This document shows, one piece after another, positions 57,093-64,000 of a stretch of 64,000 nt of DNA; position 1 is the first letter of the stretch; every line of letters begins with the position of its first letter. The notes under the pieces were generated by a model that did no database searches, was not told the DNA's origin, and was given only the letters and a program-made list of their open reading frames with translations. The position numbers and the translations under genes were made by a program. The stretch comes from a virus (taxonomy: Duplodnaviria; Caudoviricetes): the IMG/VR virus record IMGVR_UViG_2634166338_000002. One strand, given 5' to 3'.

Positions 57093-57527
57093 GACGAGCC
57101 GGTGTCGCACTGGTACCGCGGCCGCTGGTCGGACGTCTATCGCGACGTTCCCACCATCCCCGGGCAAGTGCGGCCATCAGCGGCGATCAAGGCCCGCGGC
57201 AGAACACCGCACACCGGCGTGATCGGCACCGGCGGCTACGAGTACGGGGCGACCCGGCTCGCCCGGTCGGTGCTGCGGGTGCGCTCGATGCACCGGCGCG
57301 CGATCCATCCGACGCAGAATCCGGTCGGCCTGCTCGACCCGCTGATCCGCTACGGGTGTCCGCCTGGCGGACTAGTCATCGATCCGTGCGCCGGATCCGC
57401 ATCGACCGGCGTCGCAGCCCGCGCGGCGGGCCGCCGCGCGCTACTCGTCGAGGCCGACGAGGCGATGTGCGAGGCCGCGGCTCGCAGGCTTGCCGACCCG
57501 CAACAGCTCGGCCTGGACGCCGGATAG
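57093..57527 (+). pseudogene. 3' remnant of an N4C/N6A DNA methyltransferase
   Basis: HPTQNP and VIDPCAGSAST (degenerate HPTQKP / DPFAGS); the N-terminal DPPY half is missing. Confidence 0.75.
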
Positions 57528-57555
57528 TCCGGCCGGTATTGGACGGGAGGTACGG

Positions 57556-58719
57556 ATGAACATCAGCACGGACATCGCCACGGTGTCGTCGTTGCGGACC
57601 TGGCACGCGGCACTGGCCGGCCGGCACTACAGCCCGGCGGTGATCGCGGCGATCGGCACGACAGCAACAGAGGGCGTCGGTGTCACCGCGTACGGCCGTG
57701 ACTACCTCGGCCAGCTCGCCACGGCGTTGCGCACCCGGTTTCCGGTGTCGCCGGAGATAGCGGGCGAGGCATATATCGAGCTGCGGCGCCGTCACGGGCA
57801 ACCGGCGGTCGGCGGCGGTGCCGCGACGGTCGGCGGGAACTTCGTGTCGGCCTGGAGCGAGATGGGCGACTGGGGTTCCTACCCGTGGCCGGCGGTGCGG
57901 TCCGGTGGAACCGCGAACGGCACCACCGGATGGGGCCTGCGGGCGGTGCAGTTCAGTGCCGCCGGGCAGACGCTGACCTACTCTTTCGTCGGCAGCTCGG
58001 TGCACGTGTGGTACGGCATCCTTGCTGGTGGAGGCACGTTCTCGGTCACGATTGACGGGGTCGTGGTGGCCGCGTCGGTAACCACCGACAGCACGGTGAC
58101 CGGCGGCAACGCCCGCTGGATGTCGCCAGTATTGCCGCCGGGCCAGCATCAGGTGGTGATCACCTGCTTGGCCCCGGGCAGTGCGGGAACGTACGTGCAC
58201 GGGTTCGCCACGTTCCACGGCGACGAGGGCCGGGGCATCCAGGTCTACAACGGCGGGCACAGCGGCCGGGTGACCGCCGACTTCACTACTCAGTCGACCG
58301 GCTGGGCGCCGCGGCTGGCCACCATCCAGCCACACCTGGTAATCATCGAGCTCGGGTTCCAGGACTGGCGCATGAACGTGGCGGTCGCCACGATGAAAGC
58401 AAACCTCAAGACCATCATCGCGACGGTGCGGGCGAACACCACCACCAGCCCTTCCTTCGTGATCATCGGGTCGCCGAAGCTCACCAACCTCGCTCTCACC
58501 CAGGACTTCGCGCTGTTCACCACTGCCTGGCGGGAGATCGTCGCGGAGGACACCGCAGGGATCGGCGGGAGCGGGGTCGCGTACTTCGACCTGGCCGCGC
58601 GGCAGACCGCCCCCGCGACGAACAACTCCCTCGGTCTGTACGGCAGTGACCAGCTGAGCCCCACCGACAAAGGGGCTGCGCACATCGCTGACGCGTTGAC
58701 GGCGTTCCTCGCCCCCTGA
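57556..58719 (+). CDS. SGNH/GDSL-fold protein with an inserted beta-sandwich; catalytic residues substituted
   Basis: AIGTTATEG, NGGHSG, ELGFQD and DQLSPTDKG blocks. Confidence 0.7.
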   Translation: MNISTDIATVSSLRTWHAALAGRHYSPAVIAAIGTTATEGVGVTAYGRDYLGQLATALRTRFPVSPEIAGEAYIELRRRHGQPAVGGGAATVGGNFVSAWSEMGDWGSYPWPAVRSGGTANGTTGWGLRAVQFSAAGQTLTYSFVGSSVHVWYGILAGGGTFSVTIDGVVVAASVTTDSTVTGGNARWMSPVLPPGQHQVVITCLAPGSAGTYVHGFATFHGDEGRGIQVYNGGHSGRVTADFTTQSTGWAPRLATIQPHLVIIELGFQDWRMNVAVATMKANLKTIIATVRANTTTSPSFVIIGSPKLTNLALTQDFALFTTAWREIVAEDTAGIGGSGVAYFDLAARQTAPATNNSLGLYGSDQLSPTDKGAAHIADALTAFLAP

Positions 58720-58758
58720 CCGCTCGCCGCCCACCGGCAGGCGGAAAGGGGGCGGCTG

Positions 58759-60279
58759 TTGATCTCCACGGACGTTTCCTACTCACCCGGCTGGTACCTC
58801 AAGACGCTGTTCAACCGGCTCGGCGACAAGCAACGCCGGGACCGGCTCCAGCTACTCGACAACCACCGGCGCGGGAAAGCGCCGCTGCCGCGCGGCGCGG
58901 AGAACGCCCGCGAAGCGTTCGAAGCCTTTTCAAGGATGGCCCGCAGCAACTTCGCCGAGCTGATCGTGTCCGCACTGGCCGAGCGGATGCGGCCGGTCGG
59001 GTTCCGCACGGCCGGCGACGGTGACGTGACCGGCGATCCCGAGGTGGGGTCGCTGTGGCGGCGCGCCGGCCTGTCGGTGATCTCCGGGGACGTGCACCAC
59101 GCGATGCTCGCGCTGTCGGAGTCGTACGTGATCGTCGGCGAGGTCGACGACGAGATCGACGCGGCAGTGGTCACCCGTGAAGATCCGCACCTGATGATCG
59201 GCATGCCCGATCCGTGGCGGCCGCGCAGGTTGATCGCCGCGCTGAAGGTGAAACACGACGAGGCCGACGACGTCGACCGCCTGTACCTGTACCTCGACGG
59301 GTCGGTGTTCGGTCCTGGCCGGCCGGCGCAGATCCTGGTCGCCTGGCGTAAGGCACGAGGTCAGATGGGTCCGGTCGGCGCGTTCGACCCGAGATCCTGG
59401 TCATGGGACGAACGGCGCTCCGGCGTGCTGGCGCACGACCGGATCCCGGTCGTCCAGTTTCTGAACAAGGACGAGCTCGGCGAGTACGAGCCGCACCTGG
59501 ACCTGATCGACCGTGTCAATCACCAGGTGCTGCAACGGATGACCGTGGCCGTGATGCAGGCATTCCGGCAGCGCGCCGTCAAAGGCCTGCCGCTGCGATA
59601 CCCCACCGACTTCCCGGACCCGGCGCTCGCCGGTAAAGAGATCGACTACTCCGGCGTGTTCGCCGCGGACCCCGCCGCGATCTGGCAGCTGCCGGAGACC
59701 GCAGAGATGTGGGAGTCCGGCGCCGTGGACCTACGGCCGCTGGTCGAAGGCGTATCCGCCGACGTACAGCACCTCGCGTCGGTGACCCGCACACCGCTGC
59801 ACCTGATGCAGCCGGCCGGAGACAACCAGTCCGCCGAAGGCGCCAACCTCCAACGGGAGGGCCTGACGTTCAAAGCCCGCGACCGCATCGACCGAACCTC
59901 CGACCGGTGGACCCAGGTCGTGGGGCTGATGCTGTTGCAAGCCGGCGCCACTGACCGGCGAGCGCTGGCCCGGATGGAAACGATCTGGGCGTCGCCGGAA
60001 CTGCTATCGCTGGCCGAACGCGCCGACGCCGCGTCGAAGGCCAAGGACGACATCCCCGTGCGGTCTCGGCTGACGCACATCTGGCAGTTCAGCCCCGACA
60101 CCGTCGACCAGATGATGGCCGAACGCGCTGACGAACTGGTGCTGGCGCAGCAGGTCGCCTACGCGACCGCCATAGCCGCACAGGCCACCGCGGCCCCCGC
60201 CCCCGTGCTCGTGGGCGCGGCGGGCGGTGCACCGGTGCCGGACCCGCTCGCCCCGCCGACCACCGGAACGAGGACGTGA
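58759..60279 (+). CDS. Portal protein (SPP1 gp6-like)
   Basis: SNFAELIV.A..ER....GF, GEYEPHLDLIDR, QAFRQRAVKG and SAEGA. Confidence 0.9.
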   Translation: MISTDVSYSPGWYLKTLFNRLGDKQRRDRLQLLDNHRRGKAPLPRGAENAREAFEAFSRMARSNFAELIVSALAERMRPVGFRTAGDGDVTGDPEVGSLWRRAGLSVISGDVHHAMLALSESYVIVGEVDDEIDAAVVTREDPHLMIGMPDPWRPRRLIAALKVKHDEADDVDRLYLYLDGSVFGPGRPAQILVAWRKARGQMGPVGAFDPRSWSWDERRSGVLAHDRIPVVQFLNKDELGEYEPHLDLIDRVNHQVLQRMTVAVMQAFRQRAVKGLPLRYPTDFPDPALAGKEIDYSGVFAADPAAIWQLPETAEMWESGAVDLRPLVEGVSADVQHLASVTRTPLHLMQPAGDNQSAEGANLQREGLTFKARDRIDRTSDRWTQVVGLMLLQAGATDRRALARMETIWASPELLSLAERADAASKAKDDIPVRSRLTHIWQFSPDTVDQMMAERADELVLAQQVAYATAIAAQATAAPAPVLVGAAGGAPVPDPLAPPTTGTRT

Positions 60280-60282
60280 TTC

Positions 60283-60600
60283 ATGGCGGTCGTCCACATC
60301 GCCATCGGCAACAGCGACGACCGGCTCACCCCACGGCAGTGGTCGGCGCTGATGACCGCGGTCGGCGGCGCGGTGTCCCGGGCCGCCGTGATGCCGGGCG
60401 CGCGGGTGCACGGGGCCTGGACCAGTGGCAACCACCTGCCGTGGCAGAACGCCTGCTGGTGCTCCCCGTTGCCCGCCGGCCAACGGTTCGTCACGGTCCG
60501 GCGGATTCGGCTTGGCCGGCTGGCCAGCCGGTTCCGGCAGGGCCCGATCGCCCGGGCGGTCGCCGGCACCGAGTTCATCGGACCCACCGGCGGCCTGTGA
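60283..60600 (+). CDS. Hypothetical phage protein
   Basis: IAIGNSDDRLT..QWS...PWQNACW. Confidence 0.65.
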   Translation: MAVVHIAIGNSDDRLTPRQWSALMTAVGGAVSRAAVMPGARVHGAWTSGNHLPWQNACWCSPLPAGQRFVTVRRIRLGRLASRFRQGPIARAVAGTEFIGPTGGL

Positions 60601-61550
60601 TGGACGTTCCCCGGCACACCGGGCGGCGCCTGGCCGAGACCGAGGACCAGCTGATCACGCGGATGCTCGGCCACCCCACGTTCCCGGCACCGTTGCGGGG
60701 CCTGTGGTACTCGCCCGCGCTGCCCGGCCCGCCGGTGCCGCAGCCGTCCCGGTTCCGCGACGCGACGAACACCGGTCTGGCCAGGCTCGGCATCACCGAG
60801 ACGGACCTGGCCGAATACACCGGCCCGGGCGGCTACGACAGAGGCGGCCCGTACCTGATCGAGGATCAGGTCATCGGCGTGGACATCCGGCTCTACAACT
60901 CGGTGCAGATGACGATCCGCCGCTGCAAGATCCTCGCGCACATCGACGTCGACTCGGTGGACGCGGCGCTGACGCTGGAGGACTCCCACGTCGACGCCGG
61001 CCCGTGGTCGAACGCGGCGATCGGGTTCCAGAATCTGACGATCCTGCGCTGCAACGTCCAAGGTGGAATCACGGCCGTCAACGGGTCGTACAACGTTGTC
61101 GTGCAGGACTCCTACCTGCACGGACAGGTGATCAGTGCGGCCGGTTCCGACCATGCCGGCGGATTCCTGTGCTCCGGCGGCGGCAACATCGAGCTCCGCG
61201 GCAGCACGATCTGGTGCAGCGTCCAGGACAACGGCCACGGTGGCGGACCGTCGAACAATCTGAACCTTTTCGGTGATCTCGGACCGCTGCGCAACATCCG
61301 GGTCAAGGGCTGCTACTTCCCGGCGACCGCGGGCGGCTACTCCGTCAGTTTGGGTCACAACCCGGGCAAGCCGTACGGCGACAACCCGGCCGGCATCGTC
61401 TTCGTCGACAACGTGCTCGGCCGTGACCTGCAAACCGGCCGTGGCGGGGCGTACGGGACGGTCACCAGCTTCCTGGCGAGCGAGCCGTCGAACCTGTACG
61501 CGGGCAACGTCTGGGCGGACAACGGCCAGCCCGTACCGGTGAACACCTGA
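60600..61550 (+). CDS. Right-handed beta-helix protein
   Basis: NTGL motif, repeated I.RC/V.DS/I.N rungs and GGYSV. Confidence 0.65.
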   Translation: MDVPRHTGRRLAETEDQLITRMLGHPTFPAPLRGLWYSPALPGPPVPQPSRFRDATNTGLARLGITETDLAEYTGPGGYDRGGPYLIEDQVIGVDIRLYNSVQMTIRRCKILAHIDVDSVDAALTLEDSHVDAGPWSNAAIGFQNLTILRCNVQGGITAVNGSYNVVVQDSYLHGQVISAAGSDHAGGFLCSGGGNIELRGSTIWCSVQDNGHGGGPSNNLNLFGDLGPLRNIRVKGCYFPATAGGYSVSLGHNPGKPYGDNPAGIVFVDNVLGRDLQTGRGGAYGTVTSFLASEPSNLYAGNVWADNGQPVPVNT

Positions 61551-61751
61551 GCAACGCCCCTCGCGGCGCATTCGGCGCCTCCGGTATCGAGGCGATCACC
61601 GAGCTCGCCGCCGCAACGGCCGCCACCTGGCCCTCCAGCGCACGCCCATACCCGGCCCCCGCATGGCGGGCTCGACTAGGCGCGTATCTCGAACCCCTTC
61701 TTTCGAGCCCGCGCCTGGTTGGCGGCGGGCCTTCCTCGAGGAGACATCTCT

Positions 61752-62318
61752 GTGGCTGCGGCCTTTCCCGGTCCCGGTGACGTGCTGGTCATGGCCGTCC
61801 CCGGCGGCTGGCTCAAGAAGATCGTCCGGTTCTTCATTCAGCTTCAGGCGTGGCTGACCGGCACCCCGGCCCGGCAGGACCACGTCGCGATCCTGACGCA
61901 CCAGGACCAGGCCATGAACTGGTGGTGCATCGAAGGCAAGCCGTCGTCGGTCGGCTACGTCCGCGCGGACAAGTACCTGCGGCACGAATCGCTGGTCACC
62001 AACGCCGAGCAGCCGAAGACCGACGAGCAGCGCGACCTGATCGTCAAGGTCGCGACCGAACTGCTCGGCACCCCCTACGACTGGGAGGCCATCCTCACCC
62101 TCGGCACGCGAGCGGCCCGGGTCAGCCGGCTGTGGGACCTGGCGGAAGCCAAGGACTGGGGCGAGAACGAGATCCCGGTCCACGTCATCTGCTCGTCGAT
62201 GGCCGACCTCGCCTACGAAAAAACGGGACTCGCGTCACCGGGCGGCACCCAGGGCACCCGCTTCACCAGACCTACCGACTGGCTGGCGTTCTGCCGCGGC
62301 CGGGAGTGGACCCGATGA
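61752..62318 (+). CDS. Permuted papain-like (YiiX/YebB, NlpC/P60) protein
   Basis: PGDVL...DHVAI...LGTPYDW...ICSSM. Confidence 0.72.
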   Translation: MAAAFPGPGDVLVMAVPGGWLKKIVRFFIQLQAWLTGTPARQDHVAILTHQDQAMNWWCIEGKPSSVGYVRADKYLRHESLVTNAEQPKTDEQRDLIVKVATELLGTPYDWEAILTLGTRAARVSRLWDLAEAKDWGENEIPVHVICSSMADLAYEKTGLASPGGTQGTRFTRPTDWLAFCRGREWTR

Positions 62319-62587
62319 ACGCGCCGCGCGTGGTCGACCTGGTCCACTACACCAGCTACGGCACGCCCGGCGGCGAGTATCCGAGCGTCTGCCGGGCCGC
62401 GGTCGTCACCGCCGCCGGCCAACCAGGCGAGAACGCGCGGACACCGGTCGCGTTGTGCGTGCTCAACCCGGCCGGTGCACAGTTCGTCCAGCGGGTGCTC
62501 CAGTCGGGCGCCGCCGACGGTGGACCGCACCCGGGCGGCACCTGGCACCGGCCGGGCCCCGGTTGCGTGGGTGAAGACGTTGACTGA
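62315..62587 (+). CDS. Small conserved-type phage protein
   Basis: VHYTSYGTPGGEY...CRAAVVT...LNP.G...GGTWH. Confidence 0.7.
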   Translation: MNAPRVVDLVHYTSYGTPGGEYPSVCRAAVVTAAGQPGENARTPVALCVLNPAGAQFVQRVLQSGAADGGPHPGGTWHRPGPGCVGEDVD

Positions 62588-64000
62588 CGCCCGGCATCCG
62601 TTCGGCGGCGGCATCGCGGACTGGGCGTTCGCCGCCGACGCCGAAGGCGGTCTGGCCCTAGCCGCCGGCATGTCGATCACGTTCTGGGACGCCCGCGTGG
62701 AAGGCATCCAATACACCGACCTGGCCACGGACGCGGCCGGCACCACCACGATGACGCAGGTGGCAACCGTCGCCGTGGCCGAGGACGGCTACGTGGTCGG
62801 CGACATCCCCGTCTTCTTCGGCCCGCCCGGCGTGACCGCGATGTGGGCGTCCGCGGGCGGCGGCCCCCGGCGGCTGATGACCAGCCCCGACCACGGCCTC
62901 ACGGTACGACCCGAGGTGATCGTCTCCGACCGGCTGTTCGACGCCGCCGACTACGGCGCCAAGCTGGACGGCACCACCGACGACACCACGGCCATCCAGG
63001 CCGCCATCAACGCGGCCGCCGCCCACACCGGCAACGCCCGGTCGCGGATCGTGCACGTGGCCGGGATCGCCCGGATCTCGGCACCGCTGATCCTGCCGCC
63101 GCTGATCACCCTGCGCGGCGGGTATCCGGCCCGCGCCGAGACGCCCACCCCACCGGCGATGATCAAAGCGCTGGCGACGTTCACCGGCGAAGCGATGATC
63201 CGCATGATCGACCAGGACACCGGCGGCTACAGCACCGACAGCTACGGCCAGCGCATCTGCGACCTCACCCTCGACGGCAGCGCCGCCAAGGCCACCACCA
63301 CATTCTCCGGCATCCGCTCCGACGGACTGGTCCGCGGCGTGCTCCTACAGAACGTGTCGATCTTCCAGGTCAGCGACCGCGGGGTACAGGCCGACAGCGC
63401 GAACGGCCGGACCGCCTCCTCCTGGCATCTGGACAACGTGCAGGTCGGCGCTGCCGGACTCGACGGGTTCCGGCTCTCGGGCCTGACCGACGCGACGATC
63501 GTCGGCTGCCGGGCGATCGGCTGCGGCCGCAACGGCTGGTTCCTCGACGCGATGCCCAACTCGACGTTCACCAACTGCCGGTCCGAGGGGAACCTGGTCG
63601 GCTGGTACATCTCCAGCAACTGGGGCTCCAACAACGCAGCTGGCGGCGCGATGTGGGTCAACTGCTCCACCGACCGCAACACCCAGGACGGCTGGTACGT
63701 CGCCTCCACCGGCACCCCGCCGATGCTGTTCTCCAACATCTACTGCCGCCGTGACGGCCGCAACGCCGGAAACGGCGCAGGCGGCTACGCCGGATTCCGC
63801 ATCGACGCGGCGACCACCCCGATCAGCATCAGCAACCTGGTGGTCTACCCCGGCGTCGACGACGACGGCGCCGGTACCAACAGCCCGCAGTACGGGCTGC
63901 GCGCCAACGCCGCGACCTGGGTGTCGGTGACCTCCGGCTACCTGCACGCCGCAGCCACCCCGCACCAGAACACCAGCGGAAACACCTACTACCACGTCGC
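62580..64000 (+). CDS. Tailspike-like pectate-lyase-3 beta-helix protein, running off the window end
   Basis: Open frame from TTG at 62580: RHPFGGGIADW...DYGAKLDGTTDDTTAIQAAINAA, then beta-helix rungs. Confidence 0.75.
   Translation, partial: MTDARHPFGGGIADWAFAADAEGGLALAAGMSITFWDARVEGIQYTDLATDAAGTTTMTQVATVAVAEDGYVVGDIPVFFGPPGVTAMWASAGGGPRRLMTSPDHGLTVRPEVIVSDRLFDAADYGAKLDGTTDDTTAIQAAINAAAAHTGNARSRIVHVAGIARISAPLILPPLITLRGGYPARAETPTPPAMIKALATFTGEAMIRMIDQDTGGYSTDSYGQRICDLTLDGSAAKATTTFSGIRSDGLVRGVLLQNVSIFQVSDRGVQADSANGRTASSWHLDNVQVGAAGLDGFRLSGLTDATIVGCRAIGCGRNGWFLDAMPNSTFTNCRSEGNLVGWYISSNWGSNNAAGGAMWVNCSTDRNTQDGWYVASTGTPPMLFSNIYCRRDGRNAGNGAGGYAGFRIDAATTPISISNLVVYPGVDDDGAGTNSPQYGLRANAATWVSVTSGYLHAAATPHQNTSGNTYYHV

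Larger units (their letters stand above)
1..64000. mobile_element. Large temperate prophage (siphovirus-like); both att ends are outside the window
   Basis: Integrase-repressor-cro-xis-replication at left and HNH-TerS-TerL-portal at right, with no host housekeeping genes in between. Confidence 0.9.

Overview
The whole window reads as the left ~64 kb of a large temperate prophage in a high-GC actinobacterium (host assignment inferred from GC content and gene families). It has five blocks. (1) 1-7.2 kb: integration, immunity and replication, with a tyrosine integrase, CI/Cro-like switch, excisionase, VRR-NUC, LexA-like DNA-binding domain, and a replication initiator carrying internal iterons. 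(2) 8.3-37.8 kb: about 30 kb of uniformly leftward, probably early genes. These include a dense DNA-modification set (DpdA/TGT-like transglycosylase, Mom-like acyltransferase, two PP-loop/PAPS-reductase-like enzymes, a C5 MTase and an amino-MTase), a long DnaN fusion and several paralog families. The block contains at least 7 copies of one 19-bp pseudo-palindrome that sits directly behind promoter -10 boxes at several sites. (3) ~38.0 kb: a strand switch with a candidate cos end. (4) 38-49.7 kb: accessory cargo (HEPN protein, HNH-like protein, an IS110 recombinase with a structured 5' leader, a plasmid-type RepA). (5) 49.8-64 kb: packaging and structural genes (HNH, Ntn peptidase, TerS, TerL, portal, beta-helix proteins). 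Between terL and portal lies a 1,503-bp non-autonomous Tn5053/Tn402-like mini-transposon with TGT..ACA ends, a 5-bp CCGGA target duplication and 4+2 transposase-binding sites. A second, truncated element of the same family starts 105 bp away. I saw no tRNA, rRNA or CRISPR array. All family assignments come from motifs recognised by eye, not from database searches.
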